NCBI GenBank assembly: GCA_964396265.1
Contig: CAYNEM010000014.1
Span: 7,134 to 71,133, forward strand
Direction: 5' to 3'
Origin: an uncultured Methanomassiliicoccales archaeon
GTDB taxonomy: Archaea > Thermoplasmatota > Thermoplasmata > RBG-16-68-12 > EA-27
DNA length: 64,000 nucleotides
The position numbers were made by a program, and so were the translations under genes. Shown piece after piece: positions 1 through 8,701 of the stretch. The notes under the pieces are model-generated. The model was not told the DNA's origin. It worked only from the letters and a program-made list of their open reading frames with translations, and searched no databases. The stretch's first letter is position 1; every line of letters begins with the position of its first letter.

Positions 1-196
1 CTAAAGCTTCCACGCTTACAGCTGACGCGGCAAGGAATACCGATGGCGGGAAGGCGTCGCCCGCAGGCTCCCGCGGAGGGGTTGCCTTGCCATCGAGTCC
101 ATCCGAGGAGATGCTCCGCGAGTGAACCCGGGGCCTAGCGCTGAAGAGCGGGGACCGCGTGGAGCTCATTCAGGCGTTCTCAGGCGGTTGAACGCC

Positions 197-1486
197 TCAT
201 CCGGAGAACACGTACGCTGCCAAGAACAGCCAGATCAGGTACACGCCCGCGATGATCAACGCGACGGCGCTCACGTACTTCATCGCGCCTGCCCATGCCT
301 TGACTCTTCGCAGGGCCCGGTCGCCTGCGATGTGGAGCGCGACAGTGATCGTGACCATGAGTGAAATCACGATCAAGACGTATAGGGCAAGGCCAAGGAT
401 CGCCTGGTCCATGCTCCCGAGGGCGGACGCGTTGAGCACCGCGCCGATGAATGGCGGCGCGACGCAGGCAAAGCCTGCGGCGCCATAGCCCACCCCGAAC
501 GAAAACAACTTCGTCCCGAGCCCCGGCTTCCATTTGCCGCCGAACCGGGCGACGAGCTTCTGCTTGAGCGCGATGAAGGGCCTCGTGAGGAAGTGGTACT
601 GGAACGGGAGAAGCGTGAGGACCGCCAACACGATGAGCACGACGCCGATGATCGGTGGCAGCCATTTCACGATCGCCTGGGCTGCGAACCCGGCGGCCGC
701 GATGACGATTGCGATGATGCCGTACACGGCCACGATGCCGAGGGAGGCGAGGAACCCGCGGCCCGCGGCGACGGCGTTGCTCGCCTTGGCGCCCTTCGCA
801 TCCTCCTTCAGGTAGTACGTCATGAACGCGGGGAGCACCGGGAAGCTGCACGGGGAGAAGAAGGAGAGGAACGCCGCCACCACGAGGAGGGCGGGAATGC
901 TGAGGGACGACACGTTGATCGGCGTCGCGGTTCCCGCAATCGCCCGTTCGAGGGCCTGCGGCAGGTCGCTCCGAACGCCCTCCGTCGGGTGCACGCCGAC
1001 CGCGCCCTTCCACTCATGGACGACGAATCCCCGCTGGTCGATCACGAACATGTCCGGGATGGTGACGACGCCGTAGTCCGTCTGCATCGTCAGCCCCGCG
1101 GTCGCAAGGTGCCACGGGATGGGCCTACCCGCGGCCGCCTCGGAGTTGCGGAAGCTCAGGATGGAGGCGTTGTCGGCGCCCCCGCCACCCCACCCGATGA
1201 ACACGCTGACGAACTCGACGCGATCCGAGTATACCGGATGCAGTTCGCGGAGGGCGACCTCGGCGAGGCGACACGGGTCGCACACGATCCCGGAGAAGTC
1301 GACGAGGAGGACTTTGTCCCGGGGGCCGTCCACCGTGATCGTCTGCCCGTCCACCGTGAACACGGAAAACGGCCTCGCGGGTTCGGACGGACCGGAGGGT
1401 GTTGAACTCACGACCCAGAACACGACGACCCCCGCGAGGGCGAGTACGACAGCGGCGCCCAGTGCGACAACCTTCCCCGAAACCAT
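197..1486 (-). CDS. Membrane thiol:disulfide electron-transfer protein: N-terminal signal-anchor, thioredoxin-like CxxC domain (VCDPC), fused to a CcdA/DsbD-type transmembrane domain
   Basis: ATG verified at 1486-1484 (reverse strand). The Trx-fold region carries CDPC. Downstream polytopic TM region has the paired-Cys CcdA signature (FSPCSFPVLPAF). GC3-rich frame. Confidence 0.7.
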   Translation of the reverse strand: MVSGKVVALGAAVVLALAGVVVFWVVSSTPSGPSEPARPFSVFTVDGQTITVDGPRDKVLLVDFSGIVCDPCRLAEVALRELHPVYSDRVEFVSVFIGWGGGGADNASILSFRNSEAAAGRPIPWHLATAGLTMQTDYGVVTIPDMFVIDQRGFVVHEWKGAVGVHPTEGVRSDLPQALERAIAGTATPINVSSLSIPALLVVAAFLSFFSPCSFPVLPAFMTYYLKEDAKGAKASNAVAAGRGFLASLGIVAVYGIIAIVIAAAGFAAQAIVKWLPPIIGVVLIVLAVLTLLPFQYHFLTRPFIALKQKLVARFGGKWKPGLGTKLFSFGVGYGAAGFACVAPPFIGAVLNASALGSMDQAILGLALYVLIVISLMVTITVALHIAGDRALRRVKAWAGAMKYVSAVALIIAGVYLIWLFLAAYVFSG

Positions 1487-1615
1487 CGCGGATTCACAAC
1501 GCGAGCCCCCCTATTTATGCGAATCGCCGGGCGGCGATCACGGGAGATGCGACGGCGGACGCTGGGGTCTGCGACCGGAAGGCTCTTATGGCCACCCTTC
1601 CCTCTTCGGCACTCC

Positions 1616-2761
1616 ATGCGGCCGAACGCGCTGGCGCTCGCGTTGGTCCTTGGGGTGGCGCTCCTCTGGGTGCCCGCCCCGTCCGTGAGCGCCGCCGACC
1701 CGCCGGAGGTCTTGGACCGCTGGTGGGAGCCGCGCTACCCCATCGCGCCGGAGCGTGTCGCAATCTACGCCCGGGTGACGGATCCGGACGGCGTGCAGAC
1801 GGTCGGCGCGGTCTGGTGCTACGTCCCGCCGTTCCTGTGCCAGTACCCTTCCCTGTACGACGACGGGACGAACGGCGACGCGGTTGCGGGCGATGGGCTC
1901 TGGACGAACGGCAGCATCGAGACGGACGCGCGCGTCATCGGGGCATCGTTCAAGCTCGACGCCTTCGACACCGGCGGGAACAGCGTGCACCTCGACGCAA
2001 TTTACGCGCTGTTCGTCGACTCCCTGAACATCTCCTTCGAGGCGCCCGTCGTCACCGCGGAACCGGGACAGCCGTTCACCGTGAACGGGACCGCCTTCTA
2101 CGAGGACAACGCGAGCGCACCCGCGGAGGGCATCTCCGTCACTGTGAGCATCCCAGGGCAGCAGCAGACGGTCACCGTGTCTGCGAACGGGTCCTTCGAG
2201 GCGACCCTCGCGGCACCGTCTCAGGACGGCACTTACACAATCACCGCCGAAGCCGTGGATCGGACCCTCACCGATTCAGAGCAGGCAGTCCTTGCGGTGA
2301 CCTCGATCCCGACGCCGGACCTCTCGATCGGCGATTTGAGGACCTCGACGCCCAAGCCCGTGGCGGGCCCGGTCGCCGTCCAGTTCAAGGCGCGCAACAT
2401 CGGCACGGATCTCGCCACTGACGTCCGGGTCCTCGTAGAACTCATGGGGCCGAGCGGCCCCGCAAGAGTCCTCCTCGACGTTCGCGTGACCATCCCGGGA
2501 TTGGGCGGCGCCATCCCCCTCGTGGCCCAGACGAGTTTGGCGCCGGGGACCCACACGGTCCGCGTGTCGCTCGATCCCGACGACGATGTCGCGGAACTCA
2601 ACGAGGTGAACAACGTCGAAGAGCTCACGATCGTGATCCCCGCCACGCCCGATGCGGGGCCGCCGCTCCTGTGGATCGGCGTCGGCGGCGGGGGCTTGGT
2701 AGCCGCGGCGGCAGGGATGGCGCTGGTTCTTCGCCGAAAGGGCCGCCGGGATGGCGCCTGA
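1616..2761 (+). CDS. Secreted CARDB-like (cell-adhesion-related) domain protein with signal peptide and C-terminal TM anchor
   Basis: ATG at 1616 gives MRPNALALALVLGVALLWVPAPSVSA, a signal peptide. CARDB-like stretch PDLSIGDLR...VAVQFKARNIG. C-terminal hydrophobic helix followed by RRKGRRDGA. The 33 codons upstream in the 1517 ORF are low complexity. Confidence 0.55.
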   Translation: MRPNALALALVLGVALLWVPAPSVSAADPPEVLDRWWEPRYPIAPERVAIYARVTDPDGVQTVGAVWCYVPPFLCQYPSLYDDGTNGDAVAGDGLWTNGSIETDARVIGASFKLDAFDTGGNSVHLDAIYALFVDSLNISFEAPVVTAEPGQPFTVNGTAFYEDNASAPAEGISVTVSIPGQQQTVTVSANGSFEATLAAPSQDGTYTITAEAVDRTLTDSEQAVLAVTSIPTPDLSIGDLRTSTPKPVAGPVAVQFKARNIGTDLATDVRVLVELMGPSGPARVLLDVRVTIPGLGGAIPLVAQTSLAPGTHTVRVSLDPDDDVAELNEVNNVEELTIVIPATPDAGPPLLWIGVGGGGLVAAAAGMALVLRRKGRRDGA

Positions 2762-2766
2762 CCCCG

Positions 2767-5151
2767 ATGGAAAAGACTAAAGAGGGTACGTTGCCATCCA
2801 GTCGGAAGGAGAGGGTAGGCGTGTCCAGGGGGATTCGACTTCTCGTTGTCGTACTTGCGATTGCCTTTGTGAGCGGCTCGTTCGCGGCGTGGGCGTCGGC
2901 GCAGACCGGCGATACGCTCGCGAAGCCACCCATCGTGCCTCGTTCGAGCGGTAGCTCGATGAAGACGCACGTCGTGGAAGTGCTGACGGGCCTATGGTGC
3001 GGCCCGTGCGGCGGTGCGGACCCCGGGTTGGGTCGCGTCGCGGACGAATGGCGCGAGAACCTGATTGTGATCATGTACCACTGTTGCGCCCTTTCCGGCG
3101 GCAATGCCGACCAGTTCTGGGACCCCGCCGTGTTGGCCCCGAGGGACGCCTTTTACAACTTCCAGTTCCTTCCCACGATGGTCGTCGACGGCGGGGGCGA
3201 CTACGCCGATGCGACGTTGTTCAACGTCGGCTCCTTCGGGCAAGCGGGAACGTACGACGAGATCACGGACGACCTGATCCTCCGTTCGGACCCGACGAGC
3301 AATATGTACGTCGAAGTCACCGGAGACCTCACGCCGGGCTCAGCAAGCGTCGAGGTCCGGGTCACGGCAACCGATCCCGTCGCGCAGACTAATCTCAACG
3401 TGCGGACTGTCCTATACGAAGAACCCCTGTTCGGCCTGCAGAACCAGGGACCCGACATTCACCGATACGTGGCGCGCGCGATCAACGAGCAGCCTCTGAC
3501 AATCGCCATGGGGCAGACGGTGACGAAGACCGCAACCTTCACGTTGAACCCCATGTGGAACGTCAACAAGCTCGGCGTGGCGGCGTTCGTCCAGTCGAAT
3601 GACAGGGTGACAATCAACGACGGCGGATACATCTACACGATTTCGGACATCCTGAACGCGGATCGACACGACTTCACGCCGCGCGGCATCCTCGTGTACC
3701 GCGACGAGGGGACCACGACGGACTACGTGGAAGCGTACGAGGTTCTTCTCTCGACGAGGAACGACCACTCCTTCGACAACTGGAACACGTACACCTCGCC
3801 CACGGACACGGGGCTGGTCGACGACCGGGGCTTGCCGACGGCCGCGGACCTCGCGAAGTTCCCCCTTGTCATCTGGCACACGGGCCCGACGTTCGCGGGC
3901 GTCATCTCGACAAGTGAGCGGACGCTCCTCGGAGACCATCTCGATTCGACCGGCAACCTGTTCATCACCGGGTCCGACATCGGCTTCGACGCCTGGACGG
4001 GCTACCGGTCCTGGTTCCAGCAGTACCTCCACGGGAACTTCGCCGGGGACAACCAGGGCGTCTCGACGATGACGGGAGTCACGGGCGACCCGATCGGCAA
4101 TCCGTTCGCCGGCCAGAGCCTGACAATACTGGGCGACCCCGACCGGATCGACCCCATCGCGCAGGTCGGCACAGCCATGCCGTTCCAGTACTCCCCCGGC
4201 GTGGGCGGGACCGTTCGTTCCCAGCACGACGCGAACTCGCGGATGGTCTACTTCGGCGTCCAGTACTTCGAAGGCACGGACATCTGGCGCGAGGGCGTGA
4301 TGGGACAGGTCATCCAGTGGATCGACGGTGCTTCCGGACCCACGGTCGACGTCCAGTATCCAGACGGGGGCGAGCAGCTCGCCCAGGGCACCCCGGTGAC
4401 GATCCGGTGGCACGCGAATGATGTCGTGATGGCCCAAGACGGGATCGACCTGTACTTCTCCGAGAACGGCGGGTCGTCGTGGTCGCTCATCGCCGCCAAC
4501 GAGCCGAACGACGGGCGGTACGCTTGGACGGTCCCGAACATCGACTCGTCCCAGTGCCGCATCCGCATCGTCGCGCGGGACCTCAGCCCCGAGTCCGCGG
4601 ACGGCTCGGATGTCAGCGCGTCCGACTTCGTCTGTGGCGACCCCGGCTTCCGGATCACGTTCACCGGTGCGGACCTCGGCTGGCGGCTCGTCAGCTTCCC
4701 ATTGATCTTGTCGGATACGTCGAGCCCGACCGTCCTCTCCTCGATTGCGGGGAACTACCGCATCGTGCGAGCGTTCAACTCCGCGAGCGCGGACCCGTGG
4801 ATGGCGTACGGCCCGTCGAGGCCGAGCGACCTCCAGTTCATCGACAACACGATGGCGTTCTGGATTGAGATCACCGCCCCCGGCACCCTGGACCTCCAAG
4901 GCCAGAAGCCGACGGTCACGCAGTACGTGCCCCTCCGCGCGGGCTGGAACCTCGTCGGGTTCCCCTCGTACCGCACAGACATCACGGTCGGGGACCTCAA
5001 GACGGACACGGGCGCGACGCGCGTGGAAGGCTTCGACGCGGGCAACCTGGAGTACCGGCTGCGCGTCATGACCAACACCGAGTTCCTCGCGATGGGGAAC
5101 GGATACTGGGTCTTCGTCCCCGCGGACACCGTGTGGCAGGTCCCGGTGTAG
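2767..5151 (+). CDS. Large secreted multidomain protein with N-terminal thioredoxin-like CGPC domain
   Basis: ATG at 2767 followed by a signal peptide (LLVVVLAIAFVSGSFAAWASA/QTGD). Trx-like motif WCGPCGG. Central ThuA/GATase1-like stretch (PLVIWHTGPT...LFITGSDIG) is a tentative assignment. C-terminal Ser/Thr-rich beta domain. 795 aa. Confidence 0.55.
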   Translation: MEKTKEGTLPSSRKERVGVSRGIRLLVVVLAIAFVSGSFAAWASAQTGDTLAKPPIVPRSSGSSMKTHVVEVLTGLWCGPCGGADPGLGRVADEWRENLIVIMYHCCALSGGNADQFWDPAVLAPRDAFYNFQFLPTMVVDGGGDYADATLFNVGSFGQAGTYDEITDDLILRSDPTSNMYVEVTGDLTPGSASVEVRVTATDPVAQTNLNVRTVLYEEPLFGLQNQGPDIHRYVARAINEQPLTIAMGQTVTKTATFTLNPMWNVNKLGVAAFVQSNDRVTINDGGYIYTISDILNADRHDFTPRGILVYRDEGTTTDYVEAYEVLLSTRNDHSFDNWNTYTSPTDTGLVDDRGLPTAADLAKFPLVIWHTGPTFAGVISTSERTLLGDHLDSTGNLFITGSDIGFDAWTGYRSWFQQYLHGNFAGDNQGVSTMTGVTGDPIGNPFAGQSLTILGDPDRIDPIAQVGTAMPFQYSPGVGGTVRSQHDANSRMVYFGVQYFEGTDIWREGVMGQVIQWIDGASGPTVDVQYPDGGEQLAQGTPVTIRWHANDVVMAQDGIDLYFSENGGSSWSLIAANEPNDGRYAWTVPNIDSSQCRIRIVARDLSPESADGSDVSASDFVCGDPGFRITFTGADLGWRLVSFPLILSDTSSPTVLSSIAGNYRIVRAFNSASADPWMAYGPSRPSDLQFIDNTMAFWIEITAPGTLDLQGQKPTVTQYVPLRAGWNLVGFPSYRTDITVGDLKTDTGATRVEGFDAGNLEYRLRVMTNTEFLAMGNGYWVFVPADTVWQVPV

Positions 5152-5201
5152 GCGGCGGGCGTCGAACGCACCTTCATCTAGCCCCGGGCGCTCCTGAGCG
5201 C

Positions 5202-5651
5202 ATGTCGGGGACGGAGCGAGTGCGCGCACCGCTCGGCCATGCGGCCGTCGCGTCCAATCGGGGCGTCGTACAGGAAATCCACCTTCGCGCGGGTGCGCGG
5301 GACGACGGTACGAGCCGTTTGGCGGCAGACCTGCGGCGGTACTTTGCGGGCGAGCATGTGGACTTCGCCGGTTTCGAGGTAGACCTCACCGCCCGCTCCG
5401 AGTTCGAGCGCGCGGTCCTGGCAGCGACCCGGAGCATCCCGTTCGGGCAGACGCGGACATACGGGCAGATTGCGCTCGCGATCGGGCAGCCGGACGCTGC
5501 CCGCGCCGTGGGCCAGGCGCTCGCGCGGAACCCCGCATGCATCGTGATCCCCTGCCACCGCGTCGTGGCGGCGAACGGGGCCCTCGGAGGGTTCACGGGC
5601 GGGATCCGCTGGAAGGAGACGCTCCTGCGCCTCGAGGGCTCTCGGTTCTGA
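5202..5651 (+). CDS. ogt: Methylated-DNA--protein-cysteine methyltransferase (Ogt/MGMT)
   Basis: Active-site motif IPCHRVV and GGF..G..WK helix-turn-helix region near the C-terminus. ATG at 5202 (MSGTERV). The upstream part of the 5133 ORF overlaps the preceding gene. Confidence 0.8.
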   Translation: MSGTERVRAPLGHAAVASNRGVVQEIHLRAGARDDGTSRLAADLRRYFAGEHVDFAGFEVDLTARSEFERAVLAATRSIPFGQTRTYGQIALAIGQPDAARAVGQALARNPACIVIPCHRVVAANGALGGFTGGIRWKETLLRLEGSRF

Positions 5652-5690
5652 GGCGCAACGGATAAGCCGGCCCCGGGGATTCGGGCGGCG

Positions 5691-6029
5691 TTGGGCTTTT
5701 TCGAGAGGCTCTTCAGGGGAAAGAAGAAGGAGCGAGAGGAGCGGCCTCCCCGGGAGAAGCTCCCCGAGGGACCGACCTTCGCGCCGACATCGTTTCCCTT
5801 CGACGGCGAGGTCCGCGTGTATCACGCGGACTACAAGCGGCTGACGACCGGGTGGTGGACCGTCTCCGTCGGGGCCCCGGAGCAGTGGCAGGCGAAGGTC
5901 GACGACATGGAGAACGCCCTCCGCCAGCACTTCGGCAAGTTCCAGACGCAGGACGGCCGGCTCGTGCCCAGGTGGTCGGAGAAGACGTGGCAGATCGTCC
6001 GGAGGCGGCTCCGCGTGGGACGGAAATGA
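5691..6029 (+). CDS. Small basic hypothetical protein (112 aa), ATGA-coupled to the downstream primase-like gene
   Basis: High GC3 in this frame. The only start available is TTG at 5691. Stop TGA 6027-6029 overlaps ATG 6026-6028 of the next gene. No recognisable domain. Confidence 0.45.
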   Translation: MGFFERLFRGKKKEREERPPREKLPEGPTFAPTSFPFDGEVRVYHADYKRLTTGWWTVSVGAPEQWQAKVDDMENALRQHFGKFQTQDGRLVPRWSEKTWQIVRRRLRVGRK

Positions 6030-6772
6030 AGGCCCTCGAGGCGTTGCGGGAGCACCGCCAACGGAGGACGCTCGAGCGGCGGCGGGCGGCCTTGCTCGCA
6101 TACTACGCCACCGCCGACCTGTGGGTGCCGCCAAGCCCGACGTTCCGCCAGTTTCGCTTCGCCCTCGTCCGGCCCGACGGCCGCACCGTGTTCCGGAAGA
6201 TCGAGGACCGCGTGAAGGACGTGGAGACGCTCCGGCGATGGCTCCTCCGGTTCGCCCCGGCGCACGCGTACTTCACGACCTCACGATGGCTCGACCCCCA
6301 GCGCCTTGGGCCGCGCGAGCTCCGGGGGACGAGGGCAGGCTACCCGATCGCGCACAACGTGTTCCTCGGGCAAGAGCTGTACTTCGACCTCGACGTCCCG
6401 GACGACCTCGACGCCGCCAAGGGACACGCGCTGCGCCTGCTGGACTTCCTCCGCGCGGAGGCCCTCCGCGACCTGCGACTCGTGTACAGCGGGAACAAGG
6501 GATTCCACGTGCACGCGTACGATTTCGAGACCCGGTTCCTCCCACAACTCCCGGAGGATCCGAGGCAACGAGAGGGAGCGGCACAATCCGCGCGCATGGA
6601 CCTCGTGACACGCATCGTGGCGGCGGACATCCCCATCGACGTGGACATCACGATGGACCCGCGTCGGATCCTGCGACTGCCCGGGACGGTCCACGGAAAA
6701 AGCTTGAATATATGCCAGTTCGTTGACCCCCTCGAGCTCGACTCGTTCGAGCCCACGCGCATTCCGCAGTGA
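6026..6772 (+). CDS. Archaeo-eukaryotic primase (AEP) small-subunit-like catalytic core, PriS-like and lacking the Zn knuckle
   Basis: PriS motifs in order: RQFRFAL..AYFTTSRWLDP, FDLDVPDD (the DxD), SGNKGFHVHA (SGxRGxHVHV-like), RMDLVTRIV, and VDITMDPRRILRLPGTVHGKS (R..PGS/T HGK). Only 248 aa. No Cys cluster after the DxD motif. ATG at 6026. Confidence 0.7.
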   Translation: MKALEALREHRQRRTLERRRAALLAYYATADLWVPPSPTFRQFRFALVRPDGRTVFRKIEDRVKDVETLRRWLLRFAPAHAYFTTSRWLDPQRLGPRELRGTRAGYPIAHNVFLGQELYFDLDVPDDLDAAKGHALRLLDFLRAEALRDLRLVYSGNKGFHVHAYDFETRFLPQLPEDPRQREGAAQSARMDLVTRIVAADIPIDVDITMDPRRILRLPGTVHGKSLNICQFVDPLELDSFEPTRIPQ

Positions 6773-6868
6773 CCCGCAAGGGGATGAAACGGCTGCTCCC
6801 TGGCGCGCCAGGGTGAGATGGATCTACGCGGGGCGGCGGGGGACGTCTGCGGGACCTCCCGCCCCAAA

Positions 6869-7441
6869 CTAGTGCGCTTTCCTCGGAGACGGCTCTCGGG
6901 TTTTTCTTCGCAGCAGGAGGACGACGGTCCCTGCCCCAAGCATGGAACCAACCAGAGGAGCCCCCCATAGGAAGTCGGGGGGCACCCACGGCACTTCGGC
7001 GATGGACCGCTCGAGGGCCGACCCGATGTCCAGCCGGGCGATTTCCTCGCTGAACGCAGACACGGGGCTCCAGTCGAGTCCCACGCTTCCGTCATACCGA
7101 AGGACGAACACGGCGGGAACGGTGGCAACCGCGAACCGTTCCTGCATGGAGTCCTGATCCGGGCCGATCGGCCAAGAGGTGCCCATCGCCTGGCGATGGA
7201 ATTCCAATCCCCCGGGGCCATTGTTGGGGGGAAGGAACACCCCCAGGAACGCAGCTCGGTCTCCGTAGCTTGAAAAGAGATCCTGCAACGCCTCTTCCGC
7301 GACCCTGCATGGTTCACACCAAGTTGCCGTGAAGAATAACAGAACGACGCCACCAAGCATCTCCTCGCCGATCCAGACGCCCCCCTCGATATCCTGGAAT
7401 GTGAAAGCCGTCGGATGGTTCCCGGAAACAGGGGCGGCCAA
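6869..7441 (-). CDS. Membrane-anchored thioredoxin-like (TlpA/ResA-type) protein
   Basis: WCEPC thioredoxin motif. C-terminal hydrophobic helix plus RRKTREPSPRK tail. The only start in frame is TTG at 7441. A hydrophobic in-frame stretch continues upstream without a canonical start codon, so the start is uncertain. Confidence 0.5.
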   Translation of the reverse strand: MAAPVSGNHPTAFTFQDIEGGVWIGEEMLGGVVLLFFTATWCEPCRVAEEALQDLFSSYGDRAAFLGVFLPPNNGPGGLEFHRQAMGTSWPIGPDQDSMQERFAVATVPAVFVLRYDGSVGLDWSPVSAFSEEIARLDIGSALERSIAEVPWVPPDFLWGAPLVGSMLGAGTVVLLLRRKTREPSPRKAH

Positions 7442-7487
7442 GAGGGCGACGACGACGAACAGAGCGACTCCTCGGAGGGTCAGATTC

Positions 7488-8663
7488 TCACCCTGTCTTC
7501 TTAAGGGCCTCCGCGAAGTCCGCGACCAGGTCGTCCGCGTGTTCGAGTCCGACGCTCACGCGGATGAGGCCCTCTGAAATCCCGCTCACCGCGCGCTCCT
7601 CATCCGTCAAGGGGCCGTGGGTCATGCTCGCGGGATGCTGCACGAGCGTCTCCGTGCCCCCGAGGCTGACCGCCATGGTCGCGACTTCGACGGCTTCGAC
7701 GAATCGGACGCCCGCCGGGCGGCCGCCCTTGACCTCGAAGGACAGCATGCCGCCAAAGCCATCCATCTGGCGCTTCGCGAGCGCGTGCTGCGGGAATGTC
7801 TTGAGCCCAGGATAGTGGACGCGCTCCACCGCCGCGTGATCCTCGAGGAACTCCGCCAAAGCTTGCGCGGTCGCGCTCTGCTGGCGCACGCGCTGCGGCA
7901 GCGTCCGCATCCCGCGGCGCACGAGGTACGCGTCCATGGGGCCGAGCACGGGACCGAAGACCTTGTACGTGTACCAGATGCGATCCCAAAGCTCGTCAGT
8001 CTTCGCCACGATCACGCCGGCGGTGACGTCCGTGTGGCCGCCGAGGTACTTCGTCGCGCTGTGCAGCACGACGTCGAACCCGTGTTCGATCGGACGCTGG
8101 TTGATCGGCGTCGCGAACGTGTTGTCCACCATGGCGGTCGCGCCGACGGCGTGCGCCGCCTCGGCCGCCTCGCGCAGGTCCGTGAGCTCCATCGTCGGGT
8201 TCGCGGGCGACTCCGCGTACACGAGGACGGTCTTCTCCTTCACCGCCTCCCGCCACGCGCCGCGCTTCCTCGGGTCGACGAACGTCGTCTGAACGCCGAA
8301 CCGCAGCAGGATGCGCGTCATCAGCTCCGTCGTCGCAGAGTAGAGGCTCTTCCCTGCGACGATGTGGTCCCCCTTCGAGAGGAACGTCAGGATCGCGGAG
8401 GAGATCGCGCCCATGCCGGAGCCGGTCGCGATAGCCCTCGCGCCGCCCTCGAGCTCGGCCACGGACTCCTCGAGGAGGCGGGTCGTCGGGTTGCCCCACC
8501 GCGTGTAGAACGCCTCCGGGCCGTGCTCCTGCGAGAACGCAGCGCCCTGTTTCGCGCTGTCGAGGCGCCACGTCGTCGACAGATGGACGGGCTCCGACAC
8601 GGGCCCGTGGCCCTTCTCCTTCCTCGGGTGTACGACGGCCGTCTCGGGCTTACGGCGTGACAT
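7488..8663 (-). CDS. PLP-dependent Cys/Met-metabolism enzyme (cystathionine gamma-synthase / O-acetylhomoserine sulfhydrylase family)
   Basis: ATG verified at 8663 (MSRRKPETAVVHP). Family-typical blocks STTWRLDS, GNPT, and a SATKYLGGH Lys-containing PLP site. The upstream 224 codons of the long ORF are R/G-rich and overlap the FTR1 gene. Confidence 0.75.
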   Translation of the reverse strand: MSRRKPETAVVHPRKEKGHGPVSEPVHLSTTWRLDSAKQGAAFSQEHGPEAFYTRWGNPTTRLLEESVAELEGGARAIATGSGMGAISSAILTFLSKGDHIVAGKSLYSATTELMTRILLRFGVQTTFVDPRKRGAWREAVKEKTVLVYAESPANPTMELTDLREAAEAAHAVGATAMVDNTFATPINQRPIEHGFDVVLHSATKYLGGHTDVTAGVIVAKTDELWDRIWYTYKVFGPVLGPMDAYLVRRGMRTLPQRVRQQSATAQALAEFLEDHAAVERVHYPGLKTFPQHALAKRQMDGFGGMLSFEVKGGRPAGVRFVEAVEVATMAVSLGGTETLVQHPASMTHGPLTDEERAVSGISEGLIRVSVGLEHADDLVADFAEALKKTG

Positions 8664-8701
8664 GGGTCGCCCATCGCGGCTTCGGCTAAAAGGCTTGGCG
8701 G

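Noticed and set aside
180-1013. Long R/G/P-rich ORFs antisense to or overlapping real genes (for example 180-1013, 593-1405, 3412-5229, 13788-14912, 14840-15658, 16121-17116, 47527-50187, 50236-51366, 56374-58917)
   Set aside because: Low-complexity Arg/Gly/Pro composition typical of wrong-frame translation of high-GC DNA. The opposite or alternate frame carries recognisable domains and GC3 bias.
5852-6025. N-terminal 58 codons of the 5852-6772 ORF
   Set aside because: Low-complexity and overlapping the small upstream gene in another frame. The PriS-like homology begins at ATG 6026, which overlaps the upstream stop.
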